64,000 nucleotides of DNA from Geosiphon pyriformis uo1. Lineage: Eukaryota > Fungi > Glomeromycota. Within the stretch, counting starts at the first letter, position 1; each line of letters starts with the position of its first letter. The stretch spans positions 636,955 to 700,954 of the forward strand of contig JAAOMT010000328.1 of NCBI GenBank assembly GCA_016748015.1. The letters run 5' to 3'. This document shows positions 37,704 to 50,900 of the stretch, one piece after another. A program made the position numbers and the translations under genes. The notes beneath the pieces are model-generated. The model had not been told where the DNA came from. It ran no database searches and saw nothing but the letters and a program-made list of their open reading frames with translations.

Positions 37704-39080
37704 ATGAATACACAAAAATACCAACAACTCCAGTATTATATAAATAATTAATCATTTAAGGAGAAATTATCTCAAAAGGAACAAAACAACATAAAACAAC
37801 AATCAAAATATTTTATTAATCATCAAAATATACTCTACTAGAAGAACAGAAGAAATCCAGATCAACCAATTAGAGTAATCACAGAACCAGAGAAAGAGAC
37901 AGTATTATTCAACATGCACTCAGATCTAACAGCAGGACATTTTCACAAAAAAGTGACCATAGAAAGAACCAAAAAAAGATATTATTGGCCATCAATGTAT
38001 TCAGACATCATCTAATATGTTCAAAATTGTGATACTTGTCAAAGAAGAGGAGGAATAAGACCAAGTGAACCATTAAGACCAATCAAAGTGAGACAACCAT
38101 TCAATTGCATTGGAATTAACTTAGTCGGACCATTAACAATCACCAGTAAGAGCAACAGATATATTGTAGTAGCCATGGATTATCTCACTAAATGGCCAGA
38201 AGCAAAAACTATTCAAAGAGCAGATGCAGAATCCATTACCAAATTTGTCCATCAAGATTTAATATGTCGACATGGATGTCCAAAAAAACTACTATCAGAT
38301 CAAGGAACTCATTTTGTAAATAGAACATTAACAGAATTAAGTCAGAGATTTGGGATAAAAAAACCACTATTATTATTATATCATCCACAAACAAATGGAC
38401 TAGTCAAAAGGTTTAACAGAACATTGTGTGAAGCAATTGCCAAAATCAGTCAAAAGAATCAGAATGAATGGGATTTGTTTATATTATCAGTACTATTTGC
38501 TTATCAAACAATGAAGCATGACACTACACAAGCAACACTATTTGAATTAGTATACAGTAGAACAGCAACATTACCAGTTGAAATAGAAGTCAACACTTAT
38601 CCAACAGAACCAATAACTAAAGACAATTTTCAGAAAACGTTGCTAAGAAGAACATATAACTTGATAGAAACTCTAAAAAACAAGCAATAAAGAGCAGCTA
38701 ATAACATCCAAAAGTCACAAAAAAAACAAAAAAAGAGACACGATAACCAACTACTAGACAAATCAGTTGAATTCAAGATTGGAGACAAAGTATTTCTACA
38801 TTATACTAAAACGGAAAAACAATGGAGTGGAAAATTTGATCCCAAATGAGACAGACCATTCTACATTAAAGAAATTATTGGAAATGGAGCTTATAAACTA
38901 AGATGAGACAACAAAACCTTAGCCAAAACAGCATATGATGATCAACTAAAACCATATCACCAAATAGCATTATTATCCACTAATAACATTCCACAATTAG
39001 GAGTACAACAAATATTAGTTCAACCAGATAAGATTCCATGAGATCTGGAACCAATTATAATCATTGGACCAAACACGTAA
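37704..39080 (+). pseudogene. Element C integrase (HHCC, DDE core, GPF/Y C-terminus; no chromodomain seen), apparently a separate ORF
   Basis: ATG at 37704; H..GHF..YYWP..CDTCQ; LSDQGTHF; YHPQTNGLV(E/K)RFNRTL; stop at 39078-39080. Confidence 0.9.
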
Positions 39081-39141
39081 AATCAAACAATAAAAGAGTA
39101 TATAAAAGACACAGTATATGCGACAAAGGCAACCAAGAAAA

Positions 39142-39777
39142 ATGGAAATACCAGATTATATTCACACCATAACTCAACAATTATTCCAGGCCTTAAGTCA
39201 ACAACCTTTAAACATGGAAATTATCGTTAACAACCAAACAATTTGCTATCAAAACACCAAAAAAAAGACAAAGAATACACCATATCAGCATTTACCAAAG
39301 AATGATAAAAACTGGTCAGATAACATAATTGAAAAAGTAAAGAACACTTTTGGAAAAATACCTATTATGGCACCAACAGAAGAACTTACAAAAAAGAATT
39401 GAAAGCAATAGACAGAGCAACTTCCAATATTATACTGTTACTACCAGTTAGGTTGAAAGTTGAATATTCAGGAGTTGTATATCAACAAATCCAAAAGAGT
39501 ATTTAACCAAAACATAATACAGCAAATTGAAGAATTTATTGGGAAAAAGACAAACTCAACACTACATGTAAGAACAATTTATTGACTGCACAACATATTT
39601 CAGAACTATCCAGAAATACTGTTACACTCTGACATAGAAACCATATCTATTAACCAATAAAGAAGAATAAACAATACACAAGTAGAAAATGTGAAGAACA
39701 GAGTCGAACAAACAATACTTGAAAAAGAAGTATTAGAATTAATTCAAGATGAAGATTTCGATAGAGCTCAATATTAA
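39142..39777 (+). pseudogene. Element C ORF3, ~211-aa protein of unknown function
   Basis: MEIPDYIH...LPILYCYY...EDFDRAQY* in one frame with only a few internal stops, mostly TGG/CGA-derived. Homologs are present in elements A and B. Confidence 0.75.
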
Positions 39778-39790
39778 AAGGAGGAGATAA

Positions 39791-40673
39791 TGTTACTCAT
39801 AAAAAGAAAACAGATAGAGAAAATAGCAGACCAATAAGAAAATAGTATTTAGCATGTGAGCACATTGCTCAGCAATATGGAGCAATGTCAGAAATTATGG
39901 CACATTGTTCAGCAAGATGGAGCAATGTCAGAAAACACAGCACATTGCTCAGCAATATGGAGCAATGTTAGAAAATTAGAGCACATCACTCAACAATATG
40001 AGCATTGCTCAAGAAATTATAACACATTGCTTGGAAATGTAAGTGATCTCATAAAACATTAATTATGTATATATAGTGGTAGTGTTAGAAGTAGAAAGAG
40101 CAGAATCCATCAGTTAGAAACCTTCCACATTACAAATATCAATAAATAATTATTCACTATCTCAATTCACTCTCCACTATTAGTACTTCATATTGATAGT
40201 AATTAATACTTAACTATACTAGAACAATAGCTCTTGATCATGGCTATTGACGGGATACTAACTTGCAAATCGCCTTGGCTTATTTCTTACATTTCTTTAT
40301 TTTCTTCTATTTCTTTTATTTGATTTTGTTATATACTAATTGATTAAAAGTGCTGAGTTATTGACATCACGGATAGCCTGGTAAAAGACTCAGAGATAAG
40401 GGTAGCATTATATATATTATCGGATAGTTTACCAGAAGAGCATGACTGTCAAAATAAATCTGGCCACCAAGCTGAAAAAGAAATTGGAAAACAACTTATA
40501 CAAACTAACTGCGAATAACATTAACAAAGAATCTTTGTTCATTATACAAAGGACTTAACTTTAAAACCTTCAGATACAACCAATGTACTAGTATTACCAA
40601 CATTATCAATCAATTGAGCACCAAGTTATGGGTTTGTTATTTGCTTTGAGACCCCAAATAAGCACCTGTAACA
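39791..40673 (+). repeat. 3' LTR of element C
   Basis: Follows the PPT aaaaggaggagataa. Confidence 0.96.
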
Positions 40674-40960
40674 ATGGCCTTTTGGCTGTCTCTAAATTTT
40701 TTTTCAAATTGTGTATGTCCAATACTTGTGATTTTAGTACTATTTATTTTTATTTGAGGAAGACTTTGTTGTCTATTGTTACTAGAAATTTTTGGTCTTT
40801 TTTTTTTAATGTTGCTAATGTTAGTTTGCTGTTTAATTCATGTTTATTAGAAGCTATTAAATCTTTAATAACTGAATTTATTTTCAAATTATCTCTTATA
40901 ATTTGAACTACTGGGCTTATAAGTAAAATAACCAATTTTGTGCCAGTTGTTTTAGATAGT
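40674..40960 (+). mobile_element. Continuation of the 25.2-kb LINE after element C
   Basis: The TSD ATAG/ATGG joins it to 30517; same T/G-rich LINE composition. Confidence 0.65.
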
Positions 40961-40962
40961 TA

Positions 40963-43318
40963 TATTGTAGTAAATATTAATTCTTTTTTAAGAATTGCTC
41001 ATTTAAAAGCTTACTTAATATGTGTAGTTATTTTGTTGTAAAAGTCAACTCTTTTACAGAATTTTTGTCTGTAGATTATCTTAATAATTATAATAATAAA
41101 AAATAATAAAAAATAAAAGCAATATAAAAGAATTAGAATTTCATCAAGAGAATTGTTTTTTATTCAGGCCTGGATTCACTAATTAATTTCAAAATATTAG
41201 TTAAATTTTAGGGATTTTCAAGTGCAAATAAAAGAAATTGGGTTTTTAAAGTATTTGATATTTTATTTTTTTTGTTATATAACAAATAATTAATTTTAAT
41301 TAAAATAGTTTTAAATAAAATGTTTCTAAAATAAGATAATTTTAAAAAAAAATACATTTTCTCAAAGAAAAAAGCTCTTTTTTTATATAACTTGTTGTAG
41401 TATTAGTCTATAAACTTGAACTTTTTTTTGCTATAATTTTAACAAATTAAAAATACATTTTGACAAACTAAAAATTATTTTGTTGAGCTATTAATTATTT
41501 TAGTGAATTATTTATTATTTTAGCAAATTTTAGCAAATTTTTAAATGTTATATAATTTGAAATATTATGTAATTTGATTATTCTAATTTCTATTGTACTT
41601 ATTAAGTTATTAATTAAATAATAATATTTGCTAATTTTGATTAAAATAATAAGTGATAATTAAAATAATAATAATATATACTAATTAATAATAAGAATTA
41701 TAAGATAATTTTATGTTAATTAATAACTAAAATTCCACTTATAACATAATCTTCTCTTTAAGACTAAGTTCTATTAAAGTCTAAATACTATTTGTAATAT
41801 TAAGATAATAATCCAAAATAATTGAAGTAATTTAATCTGAAAATTGTTGAAATTTCAATTTTGTGAATTTGCCAATGTATTAAATTTTTATTGGTTGAAA
41901 TATTAGATTTTGTAGGATATTTTTACAAGTATTAAATAAATTATAAAGTCTAAAAGCTGTTTTAAGTTTGTAGCAAGTGTTTGTTGATCCATTTGCTGTT
42001 TTAAAATTATTGTAAATGTGTTTTTGTATAGCTTTAAAAGTGAGATTGGTTGCTTCAAATTTCAGTTTTCGTTCATAAAATGTTTTTTCAATATAAAAAT
42101 ATCTAAAAATAGGAGTATATTTATGGCTTTGTTTATTAAGACATAGTTGAAGCTTTTGTTGAGTTGTGGTATTTGGTAAAATATTAATAAAAATAAATAA
42201 ATTTTTTTTTTAAAGTTTGTTTTAAAAGTTCTGGCAATTGAATTCCAAAAAAACTTTTTATATTCTTTTTATAAGAGTGATAATTCTGAGAATTATTTAC
42301 TACTAACATTATAGTTTCTTTTTAAGTGTAATTAATTTGACTTTTATTAATTGTTATGAATAAATTAAAGTATATTTTCAAAGCTAATATTAATTTTTAG
42401 GACATTTATTGAATGTTTCAAGAAATAATTATGATAAAAGTAAATAATTAAGAATAAAATTTGAAAAAGATTTGAAAAAAGGAATAAAAAATTATTTTTG
42501 GATATAAAGTTTTTATATATTTTTGGTTTTAGGTTTTTTTGTTATTATTTATTATTTTTGTTTTTACATTTGTGTATAATTAAAAAAATATCATAATAAT
42601 AGTAAATTAAATGTTTAGGTTTGATTGTTGTTTTATTATAACTGTTAATTCTAAATTTTGGGAAATATTTTTGAGATTAATTAAAAAAAAATATGTACTA
42701 ATTTGTGAAATTAATAGTTCAGAATTGTTTTTGAAATGATAGTACTTTAATTAATCTTTATGTACAGCTTTTGCTAGAACTTTGTTATCAAGTCTTAACT
42801 TATATGATTTATTGTTTAAGATTTTATGAATATAAAATAGTCCATCCTATTTATGTTTAAATTTTTTATTCTATTGTTTTTCTATCTTAGTTTTGTATAA
42901 GAAAACTTTGTTTTTAATTTTAAATTTGTTGGTGACTGATGACAATTTGTTGTCATGCTATTCTTTTTGTTAAGCTTAAAAGTGTTTAATATGGATGGCT
43001 GTTATTTATTATTTTTCTTTTAAAGTATTAAAAAAGATGTAAGCTTTTTATTAGAATGTTTCTTATAAGTTTTTTTTATTGATTGGTTAGATAAAATATG
43101 TTTTCATGATAAAATTAATTGGTAATATTGTTATTCTTCTATAAATTAAATTGAAAAGTATATGTTTTATGGTGTTTTGTTTTAGTGTTTTATATGTTAA
43201 TAACATTAATAAAATAAATATATTTTATTCTTATTTAAAATCTGTTAAGATTTTAGTTAATAATTTATATAGTGTTTAATTATTTATTTTACAAGTTTAT
43301 TTGTCTATAAGTGATATG
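40963..43318 (-). mobile_element. Heavily decayed minus-strand Gypsy element E: 3' LTR (~41746-40963), PPT, ORF3 and integrase C-terminal half
   Basis: The reverse complement shows aaagagaagatta-TGTT at 41746, the integrase C-terminus (YKLRLDNKVLAKAV, ~42765-42850) and a YHPQTNG-like core next to 43318. The far LTR end is approximate. Confidence 0.7.
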
Positions 43319-45021
43319 TAGAGTTTCAATGTTTAATCTGGTTTAATTCAAGTTTAATCAAACTACCAAACCAAATTAAACCAAACTCAAACAAAAAATT
43401 TGGCAAAATTTTGAACTTGAACTTAAACCAGACATAAAATTACTAAACTTAAACTGAATTTGAATACATGTAATAAGTTTGGTTTAAGTTTAGTTTGAAA
43501 TTCATAAACATATTCAGATTTAACTATTAAAAACATTATATTATATTATATTATTATTTAATTTTTTTTTCAATGGTTTCTGCATCCATAATTGAAAACA
43601 CTGTACTGCTTTTGTAGTTTTAAGCACTAAGCAAGACTTTATATTTGTAATCATATTTTCACTTGTAAAAAAGACATATTTAGAAGCAACAGATAATTCT
43701 TGAATTGCAAAATAATTATAAGCTATATATATAAGATAAAAAAATTGTGTTTGATGTGTTTAAATATTGAATTATTAATAAAATGTTAATTTAAATAAAT
43801 ATTTTTTGTAATATACTTTCTATTATGTCATTATATCTATTTTTTTATTGGCCATCTTTTTAGAAATATAACAATCAATTTTGTCAAGTTTTTTTTTCAT
43901 TATTATTAAAGTCTGTCTTTAATATAGATTATGTAAAAGTTAAAAAATAAAATTGTTTAAATAAATTAATAACTTATAATTTTTTCATTTTATTAATATT
44001 GTTATCTAAAAATTCTTTCTTTGTAAAATAATGAAATTTTTTCTTTGAATCTAATACAATACAGAATATTACAATTGTATTTATTTTAGAGTAATATTCA
44101 ACCAACTTTTTTTTTGCTGCATTAGTTATTATAACAAATAATAAATCTAATATTAAATATATTAAATAAATAACTAAATAAATACAATTGAGATTATAAT
44201 AATTTACTAAATTTATTATTATCAATTGTCTTCAATGTAATTAAAAATAATATTAAAAAGAGAAATAATCAAGAAGATAGTATTATTTGAACTGGTTAAT
44301 ATTTTGACTGTAATATTCTTAAATAGTTCAAAGAATTTAGCAATTTTATTGAAAACAGCCCATTGATTATATAAAATGACATATTAATAAAGATCAATAT
44401 AAGTGTTAATAAAGATGTTTAATGCTTATAAATTTACAATTAAAATTTTTGTATTCAAAATATATAAAATCAGAAATAAATAACTTGCTAATTTAAAAGA
44501 TAAACCTATTTTTAACTATATTATAAGTAAAATTTCACCAGATAAGACAATTCAAAATAGATTTATGGCATTTAATTTGACATGTATTACAAATATGTTC
44601 AAAAAGTTTAAAATATTAAAGTAAAATATAGATTACAGAGTTAAGTTTCCTAATCTTTAATTTATACAAAATTTACATTAAAAAAATTTTAAATAAATAT
44701 ATTCAATTTAAGTTTTTAACAAATATCTTGAAAATATTATCTTTTATTTTATTTAGAATCATTTATATTGCCAAATTTAAAATATAATCAAAGCATTAAA
44801 ATTAAAAATCCTCCAAGTTTCATTAAATGTTTTTTTTTCTAATTTTTTTACTAATTTTTTTATAAAAGTACTATTATTTATAATATTATAAAAGATAATA
44901 ACAAGAAACTATTAAAAAAAAATTAGGTTATAACTAATAAAATTAATAATAAACTTATATAAAAAGAGTGTAAGTTTAATTTTTTCTTAAATTTTTTTCT
45001 TAATCTTTTTGGCTAAAAATT

Positions 45022-45350
45022 TGGCTTGAAGCAATAATAAAAACCACTTAAGTTAACATTAAGAAAACACAGTTTTTAATAATATAGACATTGTAGTAAC
45101 TCTAAGTTTTAGATAATACTAATACCAAAAATTCAGCTCTGAAACAATAATAAAAACCAACTTAAGCTAATATTAAGAAATGTAATTTTTAATAATATAG
45201 ACACTATAATAACTTTAAGTCTCAGATAATGCTAATACTAAAAATTTAGCTTTGAAGCAATAATGAAAACCAATTTAAGTTAACATTAAGAAAATGCAAT
45301 TTTTAATAATATAAGCATTATAGTAATTTTAAATCTCAGATAATATTAAT
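45022..45350. repeat. Three tandem copies of a ~113-bp unit inside the hAT element
   Basis: gaagcaataataaaaacc recurs at 45028, 45141 and 45254. Confidence 0.85.
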
Positions 45351-46114
45351 ATATTGCATAGTATGCCAATTTTATTATTGGTCATTAATTAATCCAAATT
45401 TATACAAAAATATACATATGTATTTTTAATGTAATTTTTTAATTTTTTAATATTTTAAAAAATTTGTTCACAATGTTTATTCTATTATGTTGTCTATTTA
45501 TTAATTCAAAATTAATTATTGTTTATTAAAAGTTCCAATTGTTATTAATATAATAAATAATAACAAAAACAAAAATTTTATTATTGGGAAATATTTAAAA
45601 ATCTGATGTAAAGAAAATTTTGGACTTGATAATACTTAAATATACTTATTATATTATAAATATAGATAAAAAAAAAACATTTTATAATAAAAAAATACTT
45701 ATTCTTAATTTTTGTCTATTCAAAATATAGAGTTCTATAACTTTATTTTTAATTGTATTGGCACAAACAGGTTGAAAAGTGGAATTTAAATATTGGAATA
45801 TTTCAATTAATTTAAGATCTTTTACTATAAAAAATGGTTGTTGGCAGTTAATAAACCAAATAATAATTATGTTACAAAATTTTTTATTATTAATAGCAGT
45901 TACTACAAAAAACTAGAGCAGTTTTCAAGTTAGATTGGCCAAAAATCATAAAAAAAAATAGTAATCTTATTAATTGAAACATTTTAAAAAAAACTTCTTT
46001 TTCTCTTATCTTCACAAATTCCTAAAAAGTGCATTTTCTGAAAAAGAAGTTTTTTGTTTTTTTTTAGTCTATATCAATATTTCTTTACCTAATAATAACT
46101 CATTTTTCATAGAT

Positions 46115-47969
46115 ATGAAGGCTACTGCTAGTGGCACCGCACTTAAGAAAAAGGCTCCTAAAGGTGCTTTTCACGGTCCTGCTGGTGGCTTCTTTTCTCA
46201 GAAGAAAAAAGTTGTTCTTGGTAATGTAAAACATTCTGGTAATGAAAAGGATCTAGTGGCAGTATTTATTTTAATGTGAAGAGTCTATCTGGTGAGAATG
46301 AGGATGTTAACATGTTTGGGACAAATGGTAGGTCTCTTTTGGGTTCAGCTGCTACTACACCCAAGGCAAAGCAAATTAACACTGGTACTGGTTTTGGTTC
46401 TCCACTTGGCTTTCCTAATTTTCATATGGATGATGATGAAGTTGTGCTTCCTCCTCACTTGCTTATCTCTTTAGAAAAAAAGTGGATTGACCCTAAGATT
46501 ATCAAGACTCCTGTGAAAGTGTCAATTAGAAAGTTATTTGCTTTGAATATTAATCTCTCAGCTGTGGAAAATAAATTGGTGATGGCAAAAACTCAGTTAA
46601 TTAGGAAAATTTTTTCAACAGTCAATGGTTTTGGGGGGCCACTACTCCCTCAAAATTTGAAGGGATCATTCGATCTACCTTTACTTTCAAAAAAAGCATA
46701 AATATGGCTGTATCCTTGGCCAGGGAAAAAGGAATTGTTGTAAACACTGATCTCAGAAAATCAGAAGTACGTTCAGATCAGGCTGTAATAATCAAAAAAA
46801 TTCCCATGGATACTCCAAAGGAAATGATTGTTGCTGCAGTTGCTGAGTTTGGTGAAATTAAGTTGATCAAAATTCAGTTAATTGGCATGTGGCAGAAGGC
46901 TGTGGTGAAGTTTGCCAAATCAAGTCAAGCCAATTAGTTGGCCTCAAGATGGTCATTCCTAATTGGGAAAAATTCAGTGCATGTGGCCAAAGCTGTGGGT
47001 GATCATAACACCTGGGCATCTAGAGATTAGTTTAGGGCACTGTTGTTTACTTTGCTGGTGAGAACAACTATGCATGATCTTGGTACTCTTTTGAATAAGA
47101 CTGGTGAGAAAACTTGCACCATTAATTGATTATTGAAGACTGGCAATAGGGTTTGTTGTGCAGTAGTTGGCTTTGAGCCTAAGGTGGATTTGGACTTTGC
47201 CTTTAGTACTAAGTCTGTTTTTGGCAGTGTGTAATTATCATGGGCTAGGTTAGATTTAGTTCAGTGTGGAAAGTATGAAAGATTTGGTCATTTAGCCTTG
47301 GAATGTGATGCTTCTGATGTTGCTATTTATGTGTCTTCTGTTCTCTTTAAAAAAAATGCTCCTGGTATTGATCATCTTCAATTAGCCAAGTTGTATGCAA
47401 AGAAAAATATTTCTATTTCTTGCCCTACTGTCTTTGGTGGCAAATCATGGACTCAAGTAGTCTTTCTTGCTCTCTCTTCTGGTAGCTCTCCTTTTGGCTC
47501 TAGTTATGGTTTAAGCTTTTCTTCGTCTGGTGCTTTGGGGTTGGGTAGTAATGCTTCCTCTTTTTCATGTGATGAGTCTCTCTTGGCTGCTTATTTGGCA
47601 TCTTTGGAGCACTCTCTTGAACTTTTGGCTGACCAGGTTTCTGGTATTCTTAGGAAATTGAGTTTTGTTAAATTGGTGCCCATGGTACCGTCTTCTGGTG
47701 CTCCTTCTTTGGTCGGCTTTGTGCTGGTGGCTCCTGTTTTGGATTTGGATATGGCTTTGAATGGTGTGTTGGTTTCTTCTTTTCCCCCTCCCTCAAGTGT
47801 TGAGTTAGGTGCTGGTTTCAATTTGAGTAGTTCAAAGATTCTGACCACCAAGATAAGTGGTTTAGAGTCTAAAATGTCAGCTATAAAGGCTTTGGTCAGT
47901 TCTGTTTTGGTGAAATTGGATCTCTTGTGTTCTGGTTTGGGTTTCTCTTTACCTCTTTCATCCCAATGA
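46115..47969 (+). pseudogene. LINE ORF1 (degenerate zinc knuckle ~47260-47306; C-terminal leucine-rich/coiled segments)
   Basis: MKATASG...; C..(C)..FGH....C; disrupted by stops and frameshifts. Confidence 0.8.
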
Positions 47970-50900
47970 ATGATCTGGTTTGAAAATTTGCTATGTGTAA
48001 TGTTCATGAAATCAATGTCCCTGCCAAGCAGGAGAATGTTATGCATTGACATTGAAATTCTGACAATTTGGTTTCATTCATCATGGAAACAAAGTTAAAG
48101 GTTTTTACTAGGCCATGGATTGTGAATAAGTTTAATGGAGTGCAAATTTTTTCTTCAGGATTGGATAAAAGTTTCATTGGTGCTGGTGTTGCTATAATTA
48201 TGGACAATTCCTTGGCTCGTTATGTTTCTAAGGTGGAAGAGGTTTCTAGTAGGATTGTTTCTGTTCGGCTCTTATTTAAAGGCAAGCTCTTGGTTACTCT
48301 TTTGAGTTTATATGCTGGTGCCTTTTCTGGGGCTAGATTTGGTCAGACTTCTGAAGTTAACTCTCTCATTGCAAAAGCCATCAATTCCAGTACTCATGTT
48401 GTTTTGGGTGGGAACTTTAATGAGAATGGATCTGGTAAGAGTACAAGTTTCAAGTTCTGTTTGGGTTTGGGTTTGGTCAATTCATTTAGCAGTCATTATT
48501 CAGCTGGTTCTCATACATGGAACAACTCAAGAGGGGTTGTGAAAACAATTAATTATATTTTTGTTAGTGGCAGCTTGTCTTCGGCTGTTGCTGATCATCA
48601 AACAGTCTCTGTTTCAGATTTCTTTGACACTAATCACAGGGCAGTTATGGTGTCAATTGGTTTGAGTGGGCTTCTGAATGTTCAATTGAATAGCTTGCAC
48701 AAGCAGATGAATAGGGATCGTTGGAAATTCAAGTTCAAAAATGCTGACAATGCTAAATGGGCTAAGTTTAGGGATCTCTCCTCAGCAAAACTCTTGTTAT
48801 TGGGTGACGTGTTCTCTGGTGCAGAAGCACGTGGTGATGTGGATACTATGTGAACAATGTTGCAGGAGGCTGTAGTAGAATTTGCTGATGAGATGTTTTC
48901 AAAACATTGGTTCAGCAAATTTAAGGGTCCGAAAAACAAGCATTCTTCCAAGTTTTTTGGCTTGGAATTATTGGTGGCCAAAATTGTCAAGAAATTTTGC
49001 TCTGGTGGCTTGTCTGATGTCAATCTTCTTGTGAGTAAATGGTTGACTCTGGATAATGCCAAGACTTGTGCCTTCAGTGACTTGGTTAGCTCGGGTGTTA
49101 AATCTGATGTTATTGTTAAGCATTTGTCATTGATCTGCAGAGATTACAGGAGAGCCAAGATGTTTGAGTCGAGGTTTGCTAAGGAAACTTCTATTAGAAA
49201 GGCAATTAATAGGCACATGGATAATTTCTGTTCAGAAAAAAGTAGTATGATAAGAAGTGTGTTGGACAGACCCTTTCACAAAGTAGTGTTGGATCACCTG
49301 GTGGTTGATGACGAATTGGTTTTAGAGCCTAAAGAGGTGAAGATGAGTGTGGACAAGATAATAGAAGGGTGGACAAGAAAAAATCAGTACATGCAGTGAT
49401 CCCTGATCATTGGACTCGGCAGTATGCGCTATTAAGCTATGTTCAAGATGATGTCTTTTCTGGTGTTATGTATGAGGTTGACATGGATGAGTTGCTTTCT
49501 GTTGTTAGTGGTCTGTTTGATGGCAAGGCCACTGGTTTGTCTGGTATTCCAAATGAGTTGTGGAAACATGATGGTGAGGTGGTTTTGGGATGCATGTTAG
49601 CATTATTTAATGTGTGTTTGACTGCTGGTGTGGTACCTGTTTTATGGAAAAAGGTGTGGGTTTCTATGATTTCTAAGCCTTACAACTGAGATGGGGTCCT
49701 CATGAACACTCGACTCATTGCTTTGATTAAAACTGTCAAGAAAATTCTGTCTAAGATTCTGTCTGATTGTATTTCAGTGGCTTGCAGCAAATTCAACATT
49801 CTTCAGAGTGACAATTTCTTAGTGTTGAAAGGTATGTCTACACAATCTCCAGTGTTTGCTGTTGGTTCAGTGATTAAAGATACTCTTGAAAAAAATTGAG
49901 AGGTTTGGTTGGTTTTGCAGGATATGCAGAAGACTTATGATTCAGTTGAATAGCACCATTTGAAGGCTAGCTTGCAGCATATCAAGATGTGTGAGAAGTT
50001 TATAAGATTTTTCAGTGGTATTCATGAGGATAGGGTTAACAGGGTAATGACTGACTTTGGTTTATCTGATGGCTACAAGGTGCATGATGGTCTAAATTAG
50101 GATGAGGTTTTTTCACCTCTCCTGTGGAGGATCTTTTATGATCTGCTCTTGTGTGAGGTTAAGAGGCATGAACAATTGTGTGAGTACTGGATTGATACTA
50201 AGTTTGTTTCAAAAACTGGCAGAATTGAGGGTGGTAGTGGTTTGACTTTATACTTTTTGGCTGGCACATTTGTTGATGATACAATCTGGGTTGGAAATTG
50301 TCAGACTTCTACTCAATATGCATTGAACATTGCCAGTGAGTTTTTTATGATCAATGATATTTCTATTAACAGTGAGAAGACAGTAGTTATTCTCATAAAT
50401 CAGGGTGTTAAGATTGCTAAGCTGAGTATTTGTGGTCAGTCTATTTTGATTGCTAAGAAGGGCAAAGCTAATCACTATTTGGGTATTTTTTTGTCAACTG
50501 AAAGGTTGTCCAAGCTAAGTATTGCCAAGGCTCATGCAGATGTGCATTTTTTTGTCAATGTTGTACTTAGAAAGGCAATTATGGACAAACAATTCTTGTA
50601 TTTGGTTTCAGCTGTTTTACAGCCTATTGTCAACTATCGTATTGAGTTCAGTTTTGTCTCTTCTAATGTTTGTCGCAAGTGGGATGCCTTAGTTAGGAAG
50701 GGTCTCAAATCTAAAGCTTGTCTTCCTCATGATTTTTCTAATGCTGCTTTGCATTATTCATTATTCTATGGCCTGAAACTTTTTGAGCAGGTGTAGTCCA
50801 AAGGGAAAGTGGCTGCTTTGATAATGTTCTCCAATGCTTCTGGTGTTCTTGGGCATTTGTTTAATCATAGATTTTTGGATTTGCAGGTTCTTGGTTGGGC

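Larger units (their letters stand above)
30518..40673 (+). mobile_element. Full-length Ty3/Gypsy LTR retrotransposon C (best preserved copy)
   Basis: 883-bp LTRs at 30518-31400 and 39791-40673 (TG...CA). TSD ATAG/ATGG, differing by one G>A. PBS at 31401, PPT at 39776-39790. Domain order gag-PR-dUTPase-RT-RH-IN. Confidence 0.97.

Noticed and set aside
38800-39080. Chromodomain at the integrase C-terminus
   Set aside because: Only a GPF/Y-type module is visible; there is no YLVKW/TWE-type motif.
39142-39777. ORF3 as an envelope gene
   Set aside because: Short and hydrophilic, with no visible signal peptide, fusion peptide or transmembrane anchor.
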